Source: Calcarisporiella thermophila CBS 279.70
Taxonomy: Eukaryota; Fungi; Calcarisporiellomycota
Length of the DNA stretch: 46,269 nt
Reading direction: 5' to 3'
NCBI RefSeq assembly: GCF_041956535.1
Contig: NW_027192239.1
Coordinates: 1 to 46,269, forward strand
Shown here: positions 1-11,957 of the stretch, piece by piece
How positions within the stretch are numbered: position 1 is the stretch's first letter
How the letters are laid out: every line of letters begins with the position of its first letter
Program-made: the position numbers and the translations under genes
Notes under the pieces: model-generated
Databases searched by the model: none
What the model was told of the DNA's origin: nothing
Seen by the model: the letters and a program-made list of their open reading frames with translations, nothing else

Positions 1-30
1 ATTAGAATTTCTTGGGTCGCTAACTTCTAA

Positions 31-52
31 GTGTGTGTGTGTGTGTGTGTGT
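31..52. repeat. (GT)11 microsatellite
   Basis: Perfect GT dinucleotide run read directly. Confidence 0.95.
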
Positions 53-124
53 TGAAGTCGCTTGGGATATAGCCCAAATTATTATTATATAATTTTTCAA
101 TTTGAAAAAAAATTGTGCGTATGA

Positions 125-208
125 GCCGGGATGGTCGAGAGGTCTAAGACGGTGGATTTAAGCTCCACTCTTCGTAAGAAGGCGTGGGTTCAAACCCCAC
201 TCCCGGCA
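125..208 (+). tRNA. tRNA-Leu, anticodon TAA
   Basis: Acceptor stem GCCGGGA/TCCCGGC; anticodon stem GTGGA/TCCAC with loop TT-TAA-GC (anticodon 159-161); long variable arm; T-arm GTGGG-TTCAAAC-CCCAC; downstream T-run (Pol III terminator). Confidence 0.95.
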
Positions 209-555
209 AATTTTTATTCACATTCAAATATTTTTATTCTCTTTAATCGAGTGAAAATTACTGAAGACAAAATATATATATTAAGGGTTCTATTTTAAAT
301 GATCCTTCCCATTAAAAACACACAAAAAATAGGCAATACTTTTTTCATTTTTTATGTAATTTATATAGGTTGAATTTCTTTTATAGGTTTCAATGGTTGT
401 CATAATGAAATTGTATTAATTGACCAAAACTAATCTCAGTAGTAAATAACGAATTTAATCTTAATTAAATTGGATTATTAAGGATAGGTACATGAATTAC
501 AGATCGAAAGAGTTATTACAAAAGATTAGATAAATTACTTAATCCAACATACAAT

Positions 556-1851
556 TTATGCAGCCTGAGCGGCGGATTCAAGAGTATTGAATGCAAGCAA
601 GTTAACAGTGTCATTACCATAGCCAGTAATTTTTCCCTTGGAGGCGATGCTCGTAATATACTCTTTCATTGAAGCTGGATCACGGACCTTTGTGGTGAGG
701 AATTGTGCAATAATACCGGCCACATGGGGGGTTGCCATGGAAGTACCGGTGATTGCTTTGGTTTTTCCATCATTCCAGGTCGATAAGACGTTCACAGCAG
801 GGGCAATAATATCGACACATTTTCCATAATTGCCACTCTTGTACTTCGCATCATTGATATCCGATCCACCCACAGTAATGGAAGTCGATTCACGGGCAGG
901 TGAGAATTTGCATGCATCACTGTTGGAATTCCCTGCAGCAACAACTACATGTAAACCAGCCGCTACGGCACCTTTCACTGCATTATCGACCGCATCCGAG
1001 GCAGTACCACCAAGGGATAAATTAGCGACAGACTTGTTCTTGGGGTTCTTTTTCTGATCATTTGCAGCCCAATTGATTCCAGCAATAATGTCACTGTTAT
1101 AACCCGTCCCGTCACTCCCCAAAACCTTAACTGCTACAAGCTTAACCTTTTTCGCTACGCCATAGGTTTTTGACCCAATTGTTCCAGCAACATGTGTTCC
1201 ATGTCCATTCCCGTCTTCGTCGCCATCATCTGCAAAGGTTGCGCCCCATCTTGCTCGTCCTTCAAACTCTGGGTGGTTTGTGAGGATACCAGTATCAATA
1301 ACGTAAGCGGTCACACCCTGGCCACCATTAACATCGTAGATGAATTTATCTTGAGTATTGGTGTTGAGTTTCTCACGGTGAGAAATACGAGCAAGGCCCC
1401 AGGGTGCACCATTTTGAACCTCAGCATTGATTGACATAATTCCATCGCGCTCGACAAATGCTACCTGAAAGGTTTAAAAAGATAGTTATTTAACGCAAAG
1501 ATACGAAAAATATAAATTGAATAAACTTACAGCGGGATCTGCACGGATCTTGTTTAGGGTTTCATCGTCGAATTTGCCGGAGAATCCTTTGAAGCCTTTG
1601 AAGTTATAGGTGCGTTTTAGCCCCTTTTTAATAGCCTGACTTGTGACATCGGATTTTGGCAAGGTAGCATCGGATTTGTACACAACGATATAGGATCCTT
1701 CTACAACTTTCGAGCCTTTTGGATCCTTAATTGGGGCTAGGTTGTTGTCTGGTGTCGCAGTGTCGTTGTTTTTCTTCCCTTCTGGCCCAGCAATGGCTCC
1801 GGCAATTATGGATGCGGCCACCAAAGAGCCCAGGATTCTCTTTATAAACAT
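556..1851 (-). CDS. Secreted subtilisin-like serine protease (S8A, proteinase K type) with I9 propeptide; 2 exons (1851-1531, 1464-556)
   Basis: Signal peptide; propeptide YIVVYK...FKGFSGKFD; catalytic motifs IDTG, HGTHVAG, GTSMATPHVAG. GT..AG intron 1530-1465 joins DPA|VAFVERDG in frame. Confidence 0.95.
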
Positions 1852-4806
1852 GTTGAATTTTCAAGAGCGAATCAAGGCAAAGGAGTTTGAAGGAAAATAG
1901 AAGGATTGAAAATGAAGTTAGGATGTGGATTTGTGTTGTTCCTGATGCCAGTATTTATAGAAAATTTTCCCGTCATCCTTATGTCTTTTCAACAATAGCA
2001 TCTAAGCGCAAAGAAATGAGCAAATTTACACAAATCTTTACAAGTTATACAAATCAAACAAAGTCTTACACGAAGTATATTTTAAGCATATTTGATTTTG
2101 CACAGGCTTTACTCATTTGTATTTTGGAAGAGATTCTTCTGTCGGAAAATATATTAGAAATATTCATAGGAATACAGATATATATAATATTTTATAAAGA
2201 TTCTAATATGATAGTCTATTAGATAAAGAAAACCTATAAAGAAAGGACATCTTTGAGTTCAAAATAAGAGCATACATGCCTATGTTTTCTAACGAAACTT
2301 ACTATAATAGGCTTTACTCGGTCATGTTGCCTGAGAGCAAACAGAAGAGGTGGGAATTACACTATCATCTCTTAGTTGTTTTTCTCCGTCTGATCGCCCA
2401 CCAGTTGAAATACAGAGTATTACTAAAAATCTTATCCAATTTAATTCGGCTTCGAAAATATTGTTACACATAACGTAAGCAATGATACATAGTCAAAAGC
2501 ATCAGATCTAAGCGAATAAACTTGAAAAGAGAATGAAAGTCGGTTGCAAAGTGTATCTGAATAGGTCTTTATTTCAAAGAGTGTTGCGCTTAAATAAACA
2601 AACCATATTCACACAGATGTGAATTTGATAGTGGAAGCAATTTGCGAGGAGCTAATTCAACCATTTTTTTTTTGTTCCTAGACATCACACTTTTACCGGG
2701 TATTTATTTCTTACGCTATCATAATAATTATTGTACGACGCTATCATCGCAAAACCAATAATCACACTCCTATTAATACATGATTTAACCGCTTGTCTCA
2801 GAAGGTTATGCTCTAAATAAATAGATTCTATGACACGTTGCTCATCACATGTTCATCGTGTAATACATTGGTTCTTTATGGTTAGAAATTAAAGATTTAT
2901 ACTTGACTTCTAGCCAAATACTACTTGTAAATGCCTAATTGCCTCTAAAATCAAAGTATCAATGTAGATAAGTTAACTTTAGCAATTTTTATTTTTTGAT
3001 TCGTAGCTTTTTACAGCTAAGTTTTTAGTATGCTGGTTTAAGAACAACTTTTTCATCCAAATATTTGGATCAGGACGATCTTTTCAGGTGCGTATATAAT
3101 TTTTATTTATACCAAAGTTTAAATCTCCATTATATATTGATATTGTAATTAGCAATATCAATTCAAGTGACACAATTAGTATTTGTGGTTAACACTGTGA
3201 CAAGTCTAGTTGCATCAATAGTCGGATTCAATTCAAGTTGTATACGATATTCATACAATAAATTCTGACGCCATAAGGGCCAGAATTTGTCTCTTTTTTG
3301 CACCGAATAACTATTCTTAGAAAACATTCATAAATCGAACTATTAGAAATGAGGCATTAAAAGGAAAAAAAATTATGATGAAAGCAGCGAGCATTCATAA
3401 TACTTTGTCCATAATCGAGTGAGTTAATGGAGATAAATACTTCTTCATTAAAAATTTAAAAAAAGCTCTAATAATCAAATTATTGTATACATTTGCTCGA
3501 TATAATCCTTTACAACAGAATTTTAAATAAAAGTTTCATGTAAATCAAGAAAGCCGTGGAAAATCTCGGTGATATTAGGAGACTTAGATAAAAATAATGT
3601 TACTGACAACAGAAATTGAGGTAAATAAAGTGATTCTTTTTGACAGCTGTCTCCCGTTATCAAGGTTTTGGACCCGAATATTCATGTATCAGCAAGGAGA
3701 GGCCAACTTTCCATTGGAGCTGAATTTTGAGCAAAACCTTTACACTTTCCAATAACAAATTTCTTCTATTGGAGATTTTTACATCTTTTAGAATACTTAA
3801 TTATATGTAATTATCCTGATTGATAATACTTGTCTAGTTGTTTTTGTGAACGATTTCATAACATCTGAAATATGTTAAGTTTAGATGTTTACTACTAAGT
3901 CTATAATTTACCCTTGCCTAAAATTAAAAAAGAAGCACATTAGATATTGTTGATGATCGATATTCTCTTTAGTAATAAGAAATACGACTATTATATTAGC
4001 TGGATAGACTGATTATTCTTCCCAAAATCCTGTTTGTATTGGATTATACTAGTGTAAATTTTTATTTTCTCAAAGCAGCCTCATCCGCAATTTGTTCGGG
4101 CTTGAACCGTTCTAAATTGGGGCACTGACGTAATGATTGGTAAAAATGCTTTGGCAAAGAGCAGATATAAGCAAGGTCGCAACCGTTTCTCAGTTCCATA
4201 GCTTCCATCTAACTTTTGGTGTGTGAATTAGGTTAAATTTTACAATTTTATTGATGTCTTTTTGGTAATTCAATTAATTTTTTTCTAATCGAACACTTTA
4301 TGTCCTCTATCCTCTTCATTTCTGCTAGCAGAATAGTTACCTATTCCGTTCATCCTTAATTACACGTTTTATATCGGTTAAAGCATCGTTATTGCTGCAT
4401 AATTTATGGGATTATTTAAGTTATTTTCATAAGACTAGATATTATGGGTTCCCAGAAAAATATTAGTTTGGATTTTTCTAGGAAGATGGAGGTATTCCAA
4501 TTTTGAGTTGTAAGATACAGATTTGATGCTTATGGATTTCGGACAGGCGGGAGCTAATTTAATAGCTAGCTAAACTCCTTGAAGTTGTTTATTGAAATCG
4601 AAAGAGAAAAGAATCATCCAGAAGCGATAAATATTAAGAATATGTAGCTGTATTAAAGAGTGTGCATAGAGATAGGTTACTCAATTATTTTTTACAGATA
4701 ATAATGCCTAAATGGTTGGTATATTTTTTCGGTGTTTGATGGATTACATCAATAGTCGATTAAATTCGCGGTATTAAACACCTCAAGAGTCAGGCCATAT
4801 CGGCCT

Positions 4807-4876
4807 TTATCGGATTGGATGTTATCAGGTGATTCTCATTTTGTGGCTGTACTTTCTTTTTTCGGAGATCAGATAA
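4807..4876. promoter_or_regulatory. Cluster of GATA boxes resembling the SreA/Sre1 iron-repressor site ATCWGATAA
   Basis: Exact ATCAGATAA at 4868-4876; one-mismatch copies on the - strand at 4807-4815 (ATCCGATAA) and 4822-4830 (ACCTGATAA). All lie within about 130 bp of the MFS ATG. Confidence 0.55.
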
Positions 4877-4933
4877 ATACCTTATATTTGACTCGAAAAA
4901 AATATTTTGTAAATGAAAAATTAGAACATAATC

Positions 4934-6923
4934 ATGATAGCAAAGTCTGCGCAAGATAGCTTTCCACTAGATTCAGAAAATGAAACGGCAAATAGCCTGA
5001 AGGATGTTGAGTTTGGCAACCAAAAAACATATGGCACCGATAGCGATCCGGGCGATGATTTGGTGATTAGATTGGATAGCTCTGAAAGACCGTTATGGAG
5101 ACAGTTTCTAATGAGTTATATTGGGTAATAAAGGGGTTTCTTTTGAGCATGGTGGATATAAATATTTACTTTAGGGAGGTGAATAGATTGTTTCTGTGTA
5201 GTTTTCTTATATATTATGATGGCAATACCGTGGATACTATGCTTCCCAACATCGCGTCACAATTTGATAGTTTGAATATGCTTCAATGGGTTAAAACATC
5301 ATCAGGATTGGTAGTGACAGCTTTTCAACCTCTCTGGGCGCGATTTGCGGATGTTTTTGGACGAAAACCAGTGTTCCTTGGATCGCTACTTATATCGTGC
5401 GTTGGATACGCAATTACTGGAGCTTCTCAAAGCTTTTTAATGTTCATAGTAAAAGATTTTAGTTGCAAAGCATCAAAGATAGAATAATCAATTAGTTTAC
5501 CCATAGGTATGCAACTGCATTATTGAATATGGGCTTAGCGGAATGGCAGTTCTCAACGATATTATCATTGCAGATACAATTCCCTTACGATCGCGGGGTA
5601 AATGGGAGGCATTTTTACTCATTGGGTCGATTACCGCGTCCTTTGTGGGGCCCGTGGTAGCTGGGGCATTGTTAGCAAGTAACTTGTGGCGTTTGCATTT
5701 TTATGTGTATATCGCCTTTATCGTTTTTTTCATAATACCTCTCGTATGGCGAGTAAAGATGCCCAAGGCGAAGGGGTCTCTCATTGAAAAAATTAAAGGG
5801 ATTGATTATATTGGTAACGTCATATTGATTGTGTGCTGCGTTAGCACTATGATTGGATTCAATTGGGCAGGATCCAAGTATGCATGGGATTCACGTATGT
5901 CTTTTACCTTCCAACGGTGTTCAAAAATGATCTTTTGCTAATCATTGAATATTTGTGTAGCACTGATTGTGTCAATGCTCTGCATTGCCTTGGCTAGTCT
6001 TGTGGTGTTTGTATTGTACGAGAAATATTATGCCAAGAACCCTATCATACCTTTGCGTTGTTTTAATATCCGTAACGTGTCTTGCGTTTATCTTATCGAC
6101 ATTGTTTTCAACGCTTCTGCTGGCTATGCATATCTCAATATAGCCTTTTATCAGATTTCGCTAGACCTCTCCCCGGCAACCGCCGGTCTGGTTGCAAATA
6201 CCCCTCACAGCATTGTTGCAACGCTTTCCGCTATTGTCGTGGCGTTCCTAATTCAATACACGGGAAGATATCGGCGATTCATCTTCCTCACTGCAATTTT
6301 TAATGCATCTGGTCTTATTATGCGGTTATTTATAAGTCGTGAAACTTCACTTGCGTTGATATGTGCATCACATGCTGTCAATGCCGGAGGAGTAGGTATG
6401 CTTCACCTATCCTCGATCCTAGCCATTCAATCCTCAGTTGAACATAAAGGTATATCTGCATAAAATTGAAGCATATGCCCAGATGATTTAACGATTTGCA
6501 ATTATAGATATTGCCATTGTCACTACGCTGTACTCCTTTTTCAAATCCCTCAGCAGAACTGTGGGAATATGTTTTATGAGTGCTATATTTAATTCCGTTA
6601 TCTCCAGCAAACTTCGAGCCAATCTTCCAGCGGATGTTGATCACAATATCATCCGGCAAACTCTGCAATCCATCGATAAAATCAAAGCATTAAACCCACC
6701 GATTCGCAATGCAGTTGCCAATTCGTATCTAGAGACAATGCGATTGATGTATTCAATTTCGCTCTGTATGGTTGTGTTTGCTTGCTTTTTCATGATAGGA
6801 TTAAGGCGGTACAAACTAAGTGAGAAAGTGGGAGCAAAACCGGAGCTGGATGAGACGAAAATTGACCGCTTGATAAATAGGTATATTTTTAGGGAAAAAC
6901 CTCAGTCATTACCTAAAAATTAA
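4934..6923 (+). CDS. 14-TMS-type MFS transporter, siderophore-iron transporter (SIT/ARN/Mir)-like or DHA2; 5 exons (about 4934-5124, 5187-5448, 5507-5894, 5961-6449, 6508-6923)
   Basis: MFS motif A ARFADVFGRK; IIIADTIPLRSR resembles the SIT/DHA2 TM4-5 loop; DYIG, WAGSKYAWDS, EKYYAKNPIIP. Four GT..AG introns restore one reading frame. The SIT subfamily call is less certain than the MFS call. Confidence 0.85.
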
Positions 6924-7266
6924 ATTTATCACAGCCTGTGTAGCAATTTGTGTTTATTAATTTTCGCTTTTAAAATTAATAATTAATAATGTTGTATTCT
7001 GAGAATAAACTCATATATATACAGTAAGAGGATTGCGAATGTGGTTATAGATTTAAGGAGTATACCTTTATTTACGAACTTCCATTGGCCTGTTGACTGT
7101 TAATTAAGAAGGAATATTGAGCGGTGTTACTGATAATAAGAGAGGGCAGTTAGTTGGACTTGAATAGCCATTAGAATTAGACAGGGAATTTCTCAAATTT
7201 ATTCAATATTTACTCTTACAACAAGAAGCCAAATCAAACAAAGATATAAGTTATATCGATTGTGGT

Positions 7267-8481
7267 TTAATTATCGGATCGAGCTATGGCAATGAGACCG
7301 TTTGCTAAAGAGCCTTGCCAATTAATAAAATCGTGGCCACCACTGAATATAGAGTACTCCGCTCTATAACCCTTGGATATTAACATGTCGTAGAATCTGC
7401 CTGCGCAGTCCGTCATGTTCATGTTAAGCAATTTCTCCAGCGAACCCACTTCGAAATAATAACGTACGGGCACCGTTTCAGCCTTGCTCATCTCCTCTGT
7501 CAGGCCCTCTTTATTTACCCAGAATGATGCAGACATAGCCACCACATTACCAAACAAATGGGAAGCACGGAATCCGGTAAATACTGCGGCAAGCCCACCA
7601 AAACTCGCGCCACTCACTGTGTTTTGAGAAGGATCGTTTGTGATGCGATAGTGTTCTCGTAGAAAAGGCATAAGTTCCTGAGAGAGAAAATCTACAAAAG
7701 GCTCGTGGCAAGTCAATTCACGGTTCCTAGTCGCCATATTCAGACTATCAAGAAGTACAACAATCTGGGGAGGTATTTTCTTTGCATAGAGCAGATTGTC
7801 AATAATGGTGAAAACTGGTATGCCATGGATAAACATGAAGCCATCGAAGAGAAGCAACATTGGATATTCCTCATTGGTGCTAGGGGAATATTCGGGTGAA
7901 AGGTACACCCACACGCGACGCTCATTACCTAGAATACGACTAGATAAGCGATGCATTTCAAGTCGACCTTTGGGTGCTTCTGGGTTAGGCTGTGACCATG
8001 GTTGAGGCGGAGCATGAGGAAGCGTCAACACCGACATAACCAGATCATTGCTCTCAGGATCTTCTTCATCTTTGCAAAGTTCAAAGCGGTGTGGATTTAA
8101 GGGGTCAGGGGTCAGCAGTTTAAAGTGATCTCTGCTCATCAGTGGAGTTAATGGATGGTCCACCGCGAGTAAATAAGTACAGCGTGTGTCGGATTTCACT
8201 ATGTACGATCGATACCATAGATTAGTAGCCAGCAGCTGCGTCATTTGGTTTTGCTCTGGATTATCACGCCCGGCGGGACCGAAAAAGACCACCACATTTT
8301 TTATTGTAGGCGATGCGGCCTTCCAAATAAACGTGACTAGAAAATGTTCATTGTCGTTTGGGATTGATTCAATCAACGGGGCTCCTTCCTTGGAAACTTG
8401 ATCCCAGAATTCATCTAAAGCAGAGGCGTTTCCTGCGTTTAGAGATTGCTCCAACTGTGAAATGCGCTGACTAGTGTCCAT
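7267..8481 (-). CDS. fes: Enterochelin (ferric enterobactin) esterase-like protein, Fes family (DUF3327 N-domain plus alpha/beta hydrolase), intronless
   Basis: N-domain FW..V..EGAPLIE..LVTFIW; DPLNP; LGNERRVWVY; LLLFDG; RNRELTC; nucleophile GASFGG; EVGSLE; GGHD..W. Single 404-aa ORF. Confidence 0.9.
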   Translation of the reverse strand: MDTSQRISQLEQSLNAGNASALDEFWDQVSKEGAPLIESIPNDNEHFLVTFIWKAASPTIKNVVVFFGPAGRDNPEQNQMTQLLATNLWYRSYIVKSDTRCTYLLAVDHPLTPLMSRDHFKLLTPDPLNPHRFELCKDEEDPESNDLVMSVLTLPHAPPQPWSQPNPEAPKGRLEMHRLSSRILGNERRVWVYLSPEYSPSTNEEYPMLLLFDGFMFIHGIPVFTIIDNLLYAKKIPPQIVVLLDSLNMATRNRELTCHEPFVDFLSQELMPFLREHYRITNDPSQNTVSGASFGGLAAVFTGFRASHLFGNVVAMSASFWVNKEGLTEEMSKAETVPVRYYFEVGSLEKLLNMNMTDCAGRFYDMLISKGYRAEYSIFSGGHDFINWQGSLANGLIAIARSDN

Positions 8482-9972
8482 TTTGGTAATAGTCTAATAT
8501 AGGCACAGGGAAAGGACATAATTTATAGGTTTTTGGCCTAAGTGCTTTCGGGATTCGAATATATCCCCCCTTTAGAGCTTCGTCGAATGATTTCGAGGAT
8601 AAAACTCTGATTTCGGTATGCCTTCCCGTGATGGGGTGAGCGAATGAAAATTATTGACTCAGAAACGAAATAGAACCGGAAAAATTGACTGTGAATTGAG
8701 AATGAATGTGAGGCGGTGCTGTATGTCATAATGCATTAGCAGGAGAGTGAGTAATAGCCGGAGAATAATCAGATCATTCGGAGTGCAGTCTTTAATATCT
8801 TTTCATGAATTTTGGTTGACAGTTTTTCCTCATCTATGACCCGAGTTGCGGAATCGAAGATATTTGATATCAATGCCTTTAGGATTGCGTTAAGTTTCAT
8901 TTGGTATTGCTGAGATCAGTTGAAGGTAGCGGGTATTTTATAAGATAAAAAACCCTTGTGTCGCTTTTTACGGTAAGAAAAAAAAAAGTTTCGGATAAGC
9001 AGCGTGTTCCGCTTTTTCTGATCTTGATAGATCCTTGAAATAGATACTTGCACCTAATTTTGGCAAATTAACTTTGTTCAAAGACTTGGTGTATAAGATT
9101 TTTGCCGTCTTTTTCATTTTCAAACAGTTGAGATGCGAATCTAGCCTCACCGGCAAAGTGATTATTAACTATTGTCAAATCTTATAATGGAGCAAGTGAG
9201 TTAGATTCTATTTATAAGGATGAAAACAGAAGGAGCATGGTTGGATAAGTTGAATGAGTTGGTCATTTGCAATGATAGAAAGAAAAGGAATGAGATATGA
9301 GGGGAAGAGCGCTGAGTAGGATCCCATTGAATTAAGCAAACAACTCTATGATCTTCAATGAATCAGCATCTCTTCCAGTGTTTGAAAATTAAATATATTT
9401 AGCACCCAGTTTAAGGTTTAAATAGATTACCACAAAGATGGATAAGAGTCAGTCCCTCTTTCCTGTTTAACTTGTGCTCATGGTTTAATAACAAGAATAT
9501 ATTGTGGCACTTTTACTCTATTTGAAGATGTGTTAAAAGGTAGGAATGTAAGGAATGTAAAGGTTAATGTAAAACTATAGCAAGAACCAGCATACTACGA
9601 GTTTGGTGTCAGGAAGATGATTCAGGCAAGAATTTTGAACAAGCTGCAACTCAGTACAATAAAGGGTAGAGCTTTTAGGGAAACAGAGAAAGTTGGTAAT
9701 ATATTCAGAATAAAAATTTTTTTTGGTCATTCGTGTCCAGTACAACCAGGTACTACCATCTCTCTACTCTCATATCCCCGCATTGATCATCAGTGCATTT
9801 CAACCTGTCAATTCTGAATCAAGAATAGGAGCTTTACTGGAGCGCATAACCATAAAGGAAGCCAGCAATAGCAAGTATGAGTCTAGACGTATGTACGTAC
9901 GATATTTATTAAAAATTAAAATATAATCATATGAAAGTTTATCTAATATTGTTCATCGCTAATAAGATCTCT

Positions 9973-11027
9973 TCACCATTTAATCTTCTCTGGGAAATAT
10001 TCGTTGATGAGCTCTAAGTAGTAGGGCTTTAGCTCTTCCACATTGGGTGGGCTCTCATTCTTGCTGTACAAGTCGTACGGATTGAATCTTTAAAGAAAGC
10101 AAATGATTATAGTTAGGCCACCTCCCCTAAGCAACGTAATTAATTAAGCAGGAGAACTCACTTCTTTACCCACTCAAGCATCTCTTTATCCTTCTCCGTC
10201 ATTAAATGCTGGTATTCGCCTTCTCTATGCGCGGCATAAAACGAGTGAAACCGGATAATGTACAAGGCCTCTTCAGGGAGATAATTCTTTGTGACGTGAT
10301 ATAGATATTCATCGTGTCCGAAAGACATATGGACGTTATGCAAACCGCAATGAGGTTGATATATGCCAAATTTACTATTTAGTTTGCTATCGTGAAAGTC
10401 TGGGTTACGGGTAAACCACTGGGGGTAAACGATTTTGTCTGAATATGCACACCCGACTGGGAAGGTATCTCCTGAAAGAATGAAGTCATTTGGCAATAGG
10501 ATGTTAATGAGTCAATGAATGAAATCGGGTAATTGATTTTGCGCTCACTTACCAACAACGGCCCATTGCGGTTCCCCGAAAAAGAATAGAACTTTTCCTA
10601 GATCATGGATCAAGCAGGTGAGTTGCATCCACCGGGGCATGCCGTCTTTCCTCGCAGCCTCTGCCGTTTGCAGAGAGTGCTCAATTTGGGTCAAAGAGGT
10701 GTCTGGGTCCGACTCATCGACCATGTTATTGAGCATTTCCATTGCCTCCCAGATTCCCATCTCCATCTTATCCAACTTCGTGTATTCATCCTTTTTGCTC
10801 AACACGAATTCCAAGGTCTGTTTCTCATGGTTCTCGCAGTAAAATCGTTCAACACGTGGCTGCTCAGCACTCGCCTTGCTGTAGTCACGGAATTCCTGTT
10901 TGGATTTCCCATTGTAGTCACTTTGCTCCTGATATTTCGCACGCAAGAAATCCTCCCAATCCTCGCTAATCTTGGCAGCATCGGCGAGGTGCTCCTTGGA
11001 GACGGTTGGGGAAACGGCAGTGGCCAT
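9973..11027 (-). CDS. MIOX: myo-inositol oxygenase; 3 exons (11027-10553, 10471-10162, 10087-9973)
   Basis: [29 protein letters not shown]|[31 protein letters not shown]. Introns restore the frame. Confidence 0.95.
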
Positions 11028-11957
11028 AATGCTGATGTTAAATCAGATTGTAATTAGAAGGTAGCTTTGGAGGAACGGTTCGGGGGAAGAAGAGCAAACA
11101 CACGCTTGTTTCTATGACTTTGCAGGGAAAAAGCAAGTTACACCAGCAGGCTTATGATAGGTACTGGGGGAGGGGGGAGAAGGTCCGTACTGCAAAAGAT
11201 GGAGAACAAACAAATCGCTCTCCACAATGCCAGGGCCGAGGTGCTTTGGCACCCATAAATGTCTTAAGCTTAGGTCAAGAATTGCACACCGGAACCTTAT
11301 TTATAGCCCGTAATTTGAGCCCGCACATGTGGGCGTGAGGGGTCATTCGCAGTCCTTGCATCACATTGGAATGCTCATGTGCTGATTTGAAAGAATCCGT
11401 TCTGAAGACTACACTAATACCCGAAAAACAAACAAGCATTGGCGCATTACAGAAAGCCTGCAACTTCCTCTCCTATATTCAATAGAAATCGGGTTTGCAT
11501 GCTTTGCGGCGCTTCTGGAAACCACCCGCTACAGCTCAGGTCTTCGCCCAATGCACCGAACGAGCTTGTATTAATAACTTGGTATAGGATTCCAGAAGAT
11601 CTCTTCCGGCACAGCGTCTAAAACACTCCCAGACGCCAAACGCCCAGATTTCTTTGAATGATTAGCTAAAACTCCTATATAGAAATAATTAAGCGTTAAG
11701 CTCTCTTCTCAATACTCTGTTAATCGAAAAAACAATGATAGGCGCATATAGTGTTCAAGGATCGGTAGACCGATTCGCAATAAAAGTATGACTATTTTCT
11801 CCATTTATTTTGATGAACTCATAGTATTCAAATGAGTTATATCTGCGGACAATCCTGCCGTTCATTTCAAAAACGCACCATTCCGCACAGGGGAAGATGG
11901 TGTTAACTAAAGGTGCTCTGCAGCATTTAACTGAGGTTTCCCGCCGAAAACCAAGTA

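Noticed and set aside
1887-2473. ORFs 1887-2222 and 2276-2473
   Set aside because: No recognisable motifs; they lie in the AT-rich promoter region of the protease.
10605-11057. Antisense ORFs over MIOX (likewise over the protease, lipase and GST)
   Set aside because: Shadow frames of well-supported genes on the opposite strand.
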